The notes under the pieces were generated by a model that was not told the DNA's origin, did no database searches, and worked only from the letters and a program-made list of their open reading frames with translations. Positions 51,666 through 59,607 of a stretch of 64,000 nt of DNA are shown one piece after another. The DNA lies in assembly GCA_016201065.1 (NCBI GenBank), contig JACQDL010000039.1, positions 1,870-65,869 of the forward strand. Reading direction: 5' to 3'. The translations under genes and the position numbers were made by a program. The DNA is from Actinomycetota bacterium (GTDB lineage: Bacteria; Actinomycetota; Actinomycetes; Mycobacteriales; JACQDL01). How positions within the stretch are numbered: the stretch's first letter is position 1; each line of letters opens with the position of its first letter.

Positions 51666-53078
51666 ATGGAAATTCGCGGGTATCTGCGCCTGCTACGGCG
51701 GCGGTGGTTCGTCGTCGTCGGGCTGGCGGTAGCGGGTCTTATCGGCGCCATCGGCGTGACCTTGACTGCGACCCCCGTGTACCAGGCCAAAACGGAAGCC
51801 TTCATCTCGTTGCATGACGGCACATCCGTCGCCGACGCCTATCAGGGCGGACAGTTCAGCATGCAACGGGTGAAGTCGTATGCCCAGGTCGTCACCTCGC
51901 CTGCGGTCACCGGCCCGGTGGTCGCCGAGCTTCGCCTTGACCTGACGCCGGAGCAGCTGGCCCGGCGGATCACAGCCAATGCGCCGCTCGACACGGTTCT
52001 GATCGATATCGCCGTGAAAGACCCGTCACCAGAGCGGGCGCAGCAGATCGCCACCGCGGTAGGCACGACGTTCAGTGCGGTGGTCGCCCAGCTGGAGGCT
52101 CCGAACGACAAGGTGGCCTCCCCGGTCACGGTGACGATCGTTCGACCGGCCGCGCTGCCGACGACACCGGTGTCCCCCCGCAGGGCGGTCAACCTCACGC
52201 TGGGCCTGCTCATCGGGCTGGCGCTGGGCGTGGGTGTCGCCATGCTCCGGGAGTCGCTGGACACCAGCGTCAAGTCCGACACCGACCTCGCCGAGCTCAC
52301 CGGCAGCGCCGCACTCGGTGTCGTGGGCTTCGACCGGGAGGCCGCCAAGCAGCCGCTGGTGTCCCTGAAGGAGACCCGGTCCCCCCGGGCCGAGCACTAC
52401 CGGTCGCTCCGCACCAACCTGCGGTACGCCGACGTCGACACCCCACCCCGGGTCGTCGTCGTCACCAGCTCGGTCAGCCTCGAAGGCAAGTCGGTCACCG
52501 CCTGCAACCTCGCCCTCTCACTGGCCGGCGCCGGCGCCCGTACCGTGCTCCTGGAGGGCGACCTGCGGCGGCCCAGCGTCGCCGACTACCTGGGGCTGGA
52601 GGGCGCCGTCGGCGTCACCGACGTCCTCGTCGGGCGGGTCCAGCTCGCCGACGCGCTGCAACCCTGGGGCGACGCCGGACTGCCGCTACAGGTCCTGCCC
52701 AGCGGCGCGCTGCCCCCCAACCCGAGCGAGCTGCTCGGCTCGGCGAACATGCTCCAGCTCCTCACCCAGCTCCGGGAGCGAGCCGACTTCGTCATCGTCG
52801 ACGCGCCCCCGCTGCTCGCCGTCACCGACGCCGCGATCCTCACCAAGGCCGCCGACGGCGCCCTCCTCGTGGTCCGGCACGGAAAGACCCCGCGCGACCA
52901 GGTCCGCCGGGCCCTCGACGCGCTCGGTAACGTCGACGCCAAGGTCCTCGGCACCGTCCTCAACATGGTCCCGGTCACCGGTCACTCCGGCGGCCGGTAC
53001 GGCCACTACGGGTACGGCTACCACGCCGTCACGGCACCCGAACCCCGCGCCGCCAGCTCCGCCGACCAGCCGGTCTGA
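51666..53078 (+). CDS. polysaccharide co-polymerase / BY-kinase (Wzz domain fused to tyrosine autokinase)
   Basis: ORF 51585..53078 trimmed to ATG 51666 ([22 protein letters not shown]...). Walker [13 protein letters not shown], Walker A'/[11 protein letters not shown] and [10 protein letters not shown], and a C-terminal Tyr cluster [11 protein letters not shown] are present. Confidence 0.88.
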   Translation: MEIRGYLRLLRRRWFVVVGLAVAGLIGAIGVTLTATPVYQAKTEAFISLHDGTSVADAYQGGQFSMQRVKSYAQVVTSPAVTGPVVAELRLDLTPEQLARRITANAPLDTVLIDIAVKDPSPERAQQIATAVGTTFSAVVAQLEAPNDKVASPVTVTIVRPAALPTTPVSPRRAVNLTLGLLIGLALGVGVAMLRESLDTSVKSDTDLAELTGSAALGVVGFDREAAKQPLVSLKETRSPRAEHYRSLRTNLRYADVDTPPRVVVVTSSVSLEGKSVTACNLALSLAGAGARTVLLEGDLRRPSVADYLGLEGAVGVTDVLVGRVQLADALQPWGDAGLPLQVLPSGALPPNPSELLGSANMLQLLTQLRERADFVIVDAPPLLAVTDAAILTKAADGALLVVRHGKTPRDQVRRALDALGNVDAKVLGTVLNMVPVTGHSGGRYGHYGYGYHAVTAPEPRAASSADQPV

Positions 53079-53117
53079 TCGCCCAGCACACCGAGCGCGC
53101 CGCCGCCGGCCGGATCG

Positions 53118-53855
53118 TCACCAGCCGGCGGCACGGGCCGCCGCGTCATACCGGCGCAGCGCCAGCTCCGCGAGGAGCGGGTGCGGGGCCATCGGCGGGC
53201 TCACCCGGACCGCCCCGAGGGTCGCCAACCGGGCGTGGAAGAGCCCCGGCGCGAGCAGGTACGACGCGACCGTCACCGGGCGCCGGACCGAGCCGACCGA
53301 CCGGACCGAGCCGCCCGACCGGACCGCACCGGCCGACCGCACCGCCTCGGCGACCGTCGGCCGGGCCGCCGACAGGAACGCCGCGCGCACCGACCCGCCA
53401 CGCCGCTCCGCCAGCGCGGCCGCCACCGCCGCCACGTCGACGGCCGCCCGCGCGTCACTGGACCCGGCCGCGGCGAGCACCACCAGGTCGTCGTCCCCGG
53501 CCCCGCACTCCGCCAGCCGCTCCCCCAGCACGTCGACGAGCGCGGCATCCGGTCCCAGCGCCGGGGCGGCCACCGCCAGCCCACCACCGGCCCGCACCGC
53601 CGCCGCCACGTCCACCCGCAGGTGGTAGCCGGCCGACAGCAGCAGCGGCACGACCACACACCGCCGGCCGGCCCCGGTCAGCCGCGCCACCACATCCGGC
53701 AACGCCGGCTTGTGCACGTCGATGTTCGCGGCCACCACCCGAAGCCCCGGTCGCAGCGCCGCCACGTCCAGCCGCAGCCGGGCCAGCGCGCGCCGGCCGG
53801 CCGGGTCCCGGGTGCCGTGCCCGCACCCCACCAGCACCGGCGGGTCAGCCTCCAT
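53118..53855 (-). CDS. cbiX: sirohydrochlorin chelatase (CbiX/SirB family)
   Basis: ORF 53118..53891 trimmed to ATG 53855 (MEADPPVLVGCGHGTRDPAGRRAL...VVPLLLSAGYHL). Overlaps the nnaR stop by 11 nt. Contains an 18-bp x3 in-frame repeat. Confidence 0.82.
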   Translation of the reverse strand: MEADPPVLVGCGHGTRDPAGRRALARLRLDVAALRPGLRVVAANIDVHKPALPDVVARLTGAGRRCVVVPLLLSAGYHLRVDVAAAVRAGGGLAVAAPALGPDAALVDVLGERLAECGAGDDDLVVLAAAGSSDARAAVDVAAVAAALAERRGGSVRAAFLSAARPTVAEAVRSAGAVRSGGSVRSVGSVRRPVTVASYLLAPGLFHARLATLGAVRVSPPMAPHPLLAELALRRYDAAARAAGW

Positions 53856-55023
53856 CGGGTGGCCCCGCCGGCACGTCGAGGCAGTACCCACGCTTGACGA
53901 CGGTCCGCACCACCCCCGGAACGCCGATGCCGGACCGCAGCCGACCCACGGCCACCTCCACGGCGTGCGGATCCCCGGCGGCCGGCAGTGCGGCCAGCAG
54001 CGTCTCGCGGGCGACGATCTGCCCGGGGAGCCGGGCCAGCGCCCGCAGCATCGCCATCGGTGCCGGCGACAACGTCAGCGGCCGCCCGTCCAGGCTGGCC
54101 GACTGGCCGCGCAGCTCCAGCGCCCCACCCGCGGTCGGCACGGTGCGCACCCGGGTGGCCACCAGGTGATCGGCCACGGCCCGCACCAGGGCGCCGAGCC
54201 GGTACCGGTCGGGCACGACCGGCTCCAACCCCGCCTCCCGGAGCGGGCCGGCCGTCACCGGACCCACCGCCGCCGGTACGACGTCGTCCCGCAGCGCGGC
54301 CAGCACCTCGGCACCCCGACCGGCGGCCTCGGCGGCCCGCAGGAACGCGGCGCTGCCCGGTGCGCTGGTGAACACCACGGCGTCGACCGCCCGGGCACTG
54401 GTCGCCTCGATGGCCCGCTGCACGGCCGCCGGGTCCGGCGCGGGTCCCCACCGGTACACCGGCACCTCGACCACCTCGGCCCCGGCGGCCCGCAGCCGGT
54501 CCAGCAGATCCGGGTCGGTGGCGCCGTGCAGCTGGACGGCGACCCGCCGCCCCGCCACCCCCTCGGCGAGCAGGTGGTCCACCGCCTCCACCGTCGTCTC
54601 CGACGGCGCGGACCAGCTCTCGACGAGACCGGCGGCCCGGACCGCGCCGCGCCCCTTCGGGCCGCGGACCAGCAGCCGGGCCCGGGCGAGCACCCGGAGC
54701 AGGTCGGGGGCCAGCCCCGCCGCGTCGGCCGCCTCCACCCACCCCCGGAACCCGATCGCGGTGGTCACGACGACATCGTCCGGAGGCTCGGCGATGACCC
54801 GGACCGTCACGCGGTGCAGCACGGCGTCCTCCACCAGCGGCACGATCCGCAGCAGCGGTGCGCGCAGCACGGCCGCGCCGCGCCGCTCGAAGCTGCCAGC
54901 CAGCTCGTCGGCACGCCGGTCCGAGGTGAGCACGATCGAGAAACCGGCGAGCTGCCCGGGATTCGGTGGCTGCCCGGGACTCGGTGGTTGACCGTGCCCC
55001 GGGCTGCCCCCGGGCTGGCTCAC
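53845..55023 (-). CDS. nnaR: HemD (uroporphyrinogen-III synthase)-domain protein fused to an OmpR/PhoB-type winged-helix DNA-binding domain; NnaR-like nitrate/nitrite assimilation regulator
   Basis: ORF 53845..55443 trimmed to GTG 55023, with a GTGA overlap with the nirD stop. HemD-like region FSIVLTSDRRADELAGSFERRGAAVLRAPLLRIVPL...VVFTSAPG. C-terminal LDGRPLTLSPAPMAMLRALARLPGQIVARETLL...AVEVAVGRLR...VVKRGYCL is a trans_reg_C-like wHTH. Confidence 0.82.
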   Translation of the reverse strand: MSQPGGSPGHGQPPSPGQPPNPGQLAGFSIVLTSDRRADELAGSFERRGAAVLRAPLLRIVPLVEDAVLHRVTVRVIAEPPDDVVVTTAIGFRGWVEAADAAGLAPDLLRVLARARLLVRGPKGRGAVRAAGLVESWSAPSETTVEAVDHLLAEGVAGRRVAVQLHGATDPDLLDRLRAAGAEVVEVPVYRWGPAPDPAAVQRAIEATSARAVDAVVFTSAPGSAAFLRAAEAAGRGAEVLAALRDDVVPAAVGPVTAGPLREAGLEPVVPDRYRLGALVRAVADHLVATRVRTVPTAGGALELRGQSASLDGRPLTLSPAPMAMLRALARLPGQIVARETLLAALPAAGDPHAVEVAVGRLRSGIGVPGVVRTVVKRGYCLDVPAGPPDGG

Positions 55024-55382
55024 CCGGTGCCCGCCGCGGCGCGGACTGCCACCACCCCACCGGAGACCCGTACCGGGTACACCCGCAGCGCGGTCGACGG
55101 GTCGTCCAGGCACGCTCCGGTCCGCAGGTCGAAGACGTGCTTGTACATCGGCGAGGCCACCGTCGGCACGTCGCCCCGGCTGCCCACGATCCCGCGGGCG
55201 ATCACGTTCGCCCCGCTGAACGGGTCGTGGTGGTCGACGGCGCGCACCGTCCCGTCGGCCAGGCGGAACACGGCCACCTGCGTCCCCTCGACGAGCGCGG
55301 CCACGCCGCGCTCGACCTCCAGGTCGTCGTACCGGCAGACCGGCACCCAGCTCACCACCGCATGATCGGTCGTGGGTGTCAT
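55020..55382 (-). CDS. nirD: nitrite reductase [NAD(P)H] small subunit
   Basis: Last 120 aa of ORF 55020..56693 from ATG 55382 (MTPTTDHAVVSWVPVCRYDDLEVERGVAALVEGTQVAVFRL...SPMYKHVFDLRTGAC). ATGA overlap with nirB. Confidence 0.92.
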   Translation of the reverse strand: MTPTTDHAVVSWVPVCRYDDLEVERGVAALVEGTQVAVFRLADGTVRAVDHHDPFSGANVIARGIVGSRGDVPTVASPMYKHVFDLRTGACLDDPSTALRVYPVRVSGGVVAVRAAAGTG

Positions 55383-58012
55383 CGGGGCACCACCTCCAGC
55401 GCAACGCGGGTGTGCAGGACGGCGCCGTCCGGGTCGCCCCCATCGTGTCTCACGGTTGTTTCGCCCACGTGACGGGCCGGCGGCACCAGGTCCGGGTCGG
55501 GTGTGCCGGGCGCGTTGACGAACGTGGTGAACCGGCGCAGCTTCACCGGGTCCTCCAGCGCGTCCCGCCACTCGTCGGCGTACCCGGCGACGTGCGCCTC
55601 CATCGCGGCGTCCAGGTCCCCGGCGATGCCGAGGGAGTCCGCCAGCACCACGGCCCGGACATGCTCCAGCCCGCCCTCGATCTCCTCCAGCCACGCCGCG
55701 GTGCGCTGCAACCGGTCGGCGGTGCGCACGTAGTAGATGAGGAAGCGGTCGATGGTGCGCACCAGGGTGTCGGTGTCCAGGTCCTCGGCGAGCAGCCGGG
55801 CGTGCCGGGGCGAGAAGCCGCCGTTGCCGCCGACGTAGACGTTCCACCCCTTGTCGGTGGCGATCACACCGACGTCCTTGCTGCGGGCCTCGGCGCACTC
55901 CCGGGCGCAGCCGGACACCCCGAGCTTGAGCTTGTGCGGCGCGCGCAGCCCCCGGTAGCGCAGCTCCAGCGCCACCGCCAGGCCGACCGAGTCCTGCACG
56001 CCGTACCGGCACCAGGTGGAACCGACGCACGACTTCACCGTCCGCACCGCCTTGCCGTAGGCGTGCCCGGACTCGAAGCCGGCGTCGACCAGCCGCCGCC
56101 AGATCTCCGGCAGCTGCTCCAGCCGGGCGCCGAGCAGGTCGATCCGCTGCGCCCCGGTGATCTTCGTGTAGAGGCCGAACTCCACCGCGACCGCCCCGAT
56201 CGCGATCAGCCCCGCCGGGGTGACCTCGCCGCCGGGGATCCGCGGCACGACCGAGTAGGTGCCGTCCTTCTGGATGTTGGCCAGCACGTGGTCGTTGGTG
56301 TCCTGCAGCGTCGCCTGCTCGCCGTCGAGCACGTGGCCGGCGCCGAGACTGGCCAGCACCGAGGCGACGACCGGCTTGCAGATGTCGCAGCCCCGGCCGC
56401 GCCCGTGCCGGGCCACCAGCTCGCTGAACGTCCGCACCCCGGTGACCCGGGCCACCTCGAACAGCTCCGCGCGGGAGATGTCGAAGTGCTCGCACAGCGC
56501 CCGGCTCACCCCGACCCCGGCCGACACCAGCTCGGCCGTCATGAGCTTCTTCACCAGCGGCAGGCAGGAGCCGCAGCTCGTGCCCGCCTTGGTGCCGGCC
56601 TTCACCGCCGCCAGGTCGCAGCCGCCGCCCGCGGCCACCGCGCCCCGGACGGCGCCGCGGACCGTGCCGGCGGAGACGTTGTTGCACGAGCACACCGCGG
56701 CGTCGTCCGGGAGGTCACCGGACGGCCCGCCGGCCACCCCCTCCGGCAGCAGCCACGCCGCCGGGTCACCGCCGAGCGGCCGCCCCAGCAGCGGGCGCAG
56801 CGCGGCGTACGCCGAGGCGTCCCCGACCAGCAGCCCACCGAGCAGGGTACGGGCGTCGTCGGAGAGCACCAGCTTCTTGTAGACGCCGGCGACGGGGTCG
56901 GCGTAGACGACCGGCAGCGCGCCCGCGGTCTCGCCGGCCGCGTCGCCGAAGCTGGCCACGTCCACCCCGAGCAGCTTCAGCTTGGTGGACAGGTCCGCGC
57001 CGGGGAACGTCGCGGTGCCGCCGAGCAGCCGGTCGGCGACGACCTCGGCCATCGAGTACCCGGGGGCGACCAGACCGAGGGTGCGGCCGCCGATGCACGC
57101 CACCTCACCGACCGCCCACACCTTCGGGTCCTCGGTTCGGCAGGTGTCGTCGACGACGACCCCGCCGCGCTCCCCCACCGGCAGGCCGCAGGCGCGGGCC
57201 AGCTCGTCCCGGGGGCGCACACCGGCCGCGAAGACGACGACCCGGACGTCGAGCCGGCCACCGTCGGCGAAGTCCATCCGGCGGACCCGGCCGTCCGGCC
57301 CGGCGTGCAGCCGCGCCGTCGCGGTGGAGGTGTGCACGTGCACGCCGAGCTTCTGCACCAGCCGGCGCAGCCCCTCCCCGCCGCCCTCGTCGACCTGCAA
57401 CGGCATCAGCCGGGGCGCGAACTCGACCACGTGGCTGTCCACGCCGAGCGCCCGCAACGCCCCGGCGGCCTCCAGCCCGAGCAGGCCACCGCCGACGACC
57501 GCGCCGGCCAGGGCCGTCTCACCGCCGCGCCGACCCCGCGCGACGGGACGGTCCCGCAGCTCCTCCACGTAGGCGCGCAGCGCGGCCACGTCGTCGATCG
57601 TCCGGTAGACGAAGCAGCCGGGCAGGTCCCGACCGTCCACCGGTGGGACGAACGCCGACGAGCCGGTGGCGAGCACGAGGGCGTCGTAGGAGTGCTCGCG
57701 GCCGCTGGCGGTGCTGACCGTCGTGGCGACCCGGTCGATGGCCGTGACCGGGTCGCCACGGTGCAGGGTGACCCTGGGGTCGCTCCACAGCGCCGGGTCG
57801 CCGAGCTGCAGGTCGTCCGGGTCCCGGCCGGAGAAGTAGGAGGTGAGGGCCATCCGGTCGTACGGCGCCCGCGGCTCCTCGGCGAGCACGGTGACCTGCC
57901 AGCTGGCGTCGGCGCCCTGGCGCTGCAGCAGCGCGTCGACGAGCCGGTGGGCGACCATGCCGCCGCCGACCACGACGAGGTGGGACCGGGTAGCGGGGTG
58001 GGCGGGGTTCAT
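55379..58012 (-). CDS. nirB: nitrite reductase [NAD(P)H] large subunit
   Basis: ORF 55379..58279 trimmed to ATG 58012 (MNPAHPATRSHLVVVGGGMVAHRL...). BFD-like 2Fe-2S CSCNNVSAG...CGSC and sirohaem/4Fe-4S region SCVGSTWCRYG...SGCARECAEA are present. ATGA overlap with the upstream gene. Confidence 0.95.
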   Translation of the reverse strand: MNPAHPATRSHLVVVGGGMVAHRLVDALLQRQGADASWQVTVLAEEPRAPYDRMALTSYFSGRDPDDLQLGDPALWSDPRVTLHRGDPVTAIDRVATTVSTASGREHSYDALVLATGSSAFVPPVDGRDLPGCFVYRTIDDVAALRAYVEELRDRPVARGRRGGETALAGAVVGGGLLGLEAAGALRALGVDSHVVEFAPRLMPLQVDEGGGEGLRRLVQKLGVHVHTSTATARLHAGPDGRVRRMDFADGGRLDVRVVVFAAGVRPRDELARACGLPVGERGGVVVDDTCRTEDPKVWAVGEVACIGGRTLGLVAPGYSMAEVVADRLLGGTATFPGADLSTKLKLLGVDVASFGDAAGETAGALPVVYADPVAGVYKKLVLSDDARTLLGGLLVGDASAYAALRPLLGRPLGGDPAAWLLPEGVAGGPSGDLPDDAAVCSCNNVSAGTVRGAVRGAVAAGGGCDLAAVKAGTKAGTSCGSCLPLVKKLMTAELVSAGVGVSRALCEHFDISRAELFEVARVTGVRTFSELVARHGRGRGCDICKPVVASVLASLGAGHVLDGEQATLQDTNDHVLANIQKDGTYSVVPRIPGGEVTPAGLIAIGAVAVEFGLYTKITGAQRIDLLGARLEQLPEIWRRLVDAGFESGHAYGKAVRTVKSCVGSTWCRYGVQDSVGLAVALELRYRGLRAPHKLKLGVSGCARECAEARSKDVGVIATDKGWNVYVGGNGGFSPRHARLLAEDLDTDTLVRTIDRFLIYYVRTADRLQRTAAWLEEIEGGLEHVRAVVLADSLGIAGDLDAAMEAHVAGYADEWRDALEDPVKLRRFTTFVNAPGTPDPDLVPPARHVGETTVRHDGGDPDGAVLHTRVALEVVPR

Positions 58013-59607
58013 CGGGCGGCTCCCTCGATGACGGCGGCCGCGCGGGCCGGGATGGTGGCGGCGGGATCGGTGCCCGCCGCCGGGGTGGGGGCCGGAATCC
58101 CCGCGCCGTCGGGTGCGGGTTCCGGGTCGGCGTCGGTGAGCCAGCAGAGGATGCCGTCGACGGTGGCCCGGCAGGTGCCGCACCCGGTGGCCGCGCGGGT
58201 CGCGGCGGTGACGTCCTCCACGGTGCGGGCACCGGCCGTCCATGCGGCGACGATGGAGCCCTTGGTGACGCCGTTGCACCGGCAGACGGTCGCCCGGTCC
58301 GGGATCAGGGTGGGCGCGTCGGAGACGTCCGTCGCCGCCCGCAGTCCGGGCAGCAGCAGCACCGCCCGGTCCCGGGGGGCGGGCGAGCCCCGCTCGGCGA
58401 GGAGGGTCAGCTCGGCGGCGGCCCGCGGCTCCCCGATGCTGATCGCCCCCACGACCACGCCGTCGCGGAGCACCGCCTTGACGTAGCGGCCGCGCGCGGC
58501 ATCCAGGAGCTGCACGACCTCAAGCCCGGCGTCCTCGGCCTCCCACGGGTCGACCAGGGCGGTGCCGAGGGCCGCCACGTCGAGGTCGGCGGCCTTCAGC
58601 CGGGTCACCGGCCGGTGCCCGGTGTACGCCGCGTCCGGGTCGGTCCCGGTGAGCCGGTCGGCGACCACCCGGGCCTGCTCCCAGGCGGGCGCGACGAGGC
58701 CGGAGCACTCGCCGCGGTGCTCGGCGCAGTCGCCGATGGCGAGGATGTCCGGGTCGCTGGTGGTGAGGGTGTCGTCGACGAGCACGCCCCGGCCGACGGC
58801 CAGCCCGGCGCGTTCGGCCAGACCGGTCCGGGGGCGCGCCCCGATCGCGACGACGAGCAGGTCGGCCGGGACGACGCTGCCATCGTCCAGCTCCAGCCCG
58901 GTGAGCCGGCCGGCACGGCTGGTCGCCGCGACCGTGAGCGCGCCGGTGCGCACCCGCACCCCCAGCCGCCCCAGCCGGCGGGCGAGGACCGCGCCACCGG
59001 CGGCGTCGAGCTGGCGTTCCATGACGTGCGGCGCGGCATGCAGCACGACGACGTCCAGCCCCCGGCTGGCCAGCCCGCGGGCGGCCTCCAGGCCGAGCAG
59101 GCCACCGCCGAGCACGACGGCGCGCCGGGTGTTCGCGGCGGCCGCGACGATCGCGCGCGCGTCGTCGAGGTCCCGCAGCGTGTGCACGCCGGTCGGTGGG
59201 GCGGCCGGGTCGACCCCGCGCAGCGGCGGGACGATCGGGCTCGCCCCGGTCGCGAGCACGCAGCTGTCGTACGGCACATGCGTGCCGTCGTCCAGCCGCA
59301 CCACCCGAGCGGCGCGGTCCACCGCCAGCGCGCTGGTGCCCAGCCGCACGTCGACGCCGCCGGCGGCCAGCCCGGCCGGGTCGCTCATCGCCAGCCCGGC
59401 GACGTCGGCCCGGCCGGCGACGACCTCCGACAGCAGCACCCGGTTGTACCCGCCGTACGGCTCGGTGCCGACCACGCTGAGGTGCAGTGGCCGGCCGGAG
59501 GCGTGCCCGCCCCGGCCGAGCAGCTCCTCGACGAGCCGGGCGCCGGCCATGCCGTGGCCGACCACCACCACCCGGTGCGGCGGACCAGGGTCGGGTCCGT
59601 GGGTCAT
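58009..59607 (-). CDS. FAD/NAD(P)H-dependent oxidoreductase with C-terminal BFD-like [2Fe-2S] domain (NasB-like electron-transfer partner of nitrate reductase; NirB N-terminal paralogue)
   Basis: Last 532 aa of the 979-aa ORF 58009..60948 from ATG 59607 (MTHGPDPGPPHRVVVVGHGMAGARLVEELL...). Second Rossmann motif VVLGGGLLGLEAA and CRCNGVTKG...TGCGTCR are present. ATGA overlap with the nasA stop. Confidence 0.85.
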   Translation of the reverse strand: MTHGPDPGPPHRVVVVGHGMAGARLVEELLGRGGHASGRPLHLSVVGTEPYGGYNRVLLSEVVAGRADVAGLAMSDPAGLAAGGVDVRLGTSALAVDRAARVVRLDDGTHVPYDSCVLATGASPIVPPLRGVDPAAPPTGVHTLRDLDDARAIVAAAANTRRAVVLGGGLLGLEAARGLASRGLDVVVLHAAPHVMERQLDAAGGAVLARRLGRLGVRVRTGALTVAATSRAGRLTGLELDDGSVVPADLLVVAIGARPRTGLAERAGLAVGRGVLVDDTLTTSDPDILAIGDCAEHRGECSGLVAPAWEQARVVADRLTGTDPDAAYTGHRPVTRLKAADLDVAALGTALVDPWEAEDAGLEVVQLLDAARGRYVKAVLRDGVVVGAISIGEPRAAAELTLLAERGSPAPRDRAVLLLPGLRAATDVSDAPTLIPDRATVCRCNGVTKGSIVAAWTAGARTVEDVTAATRAATGCGTCRATVDGILCWLTDADPEPAPDGAGIPAPTPAAGTDPAATIPARAAAVIEGAAR

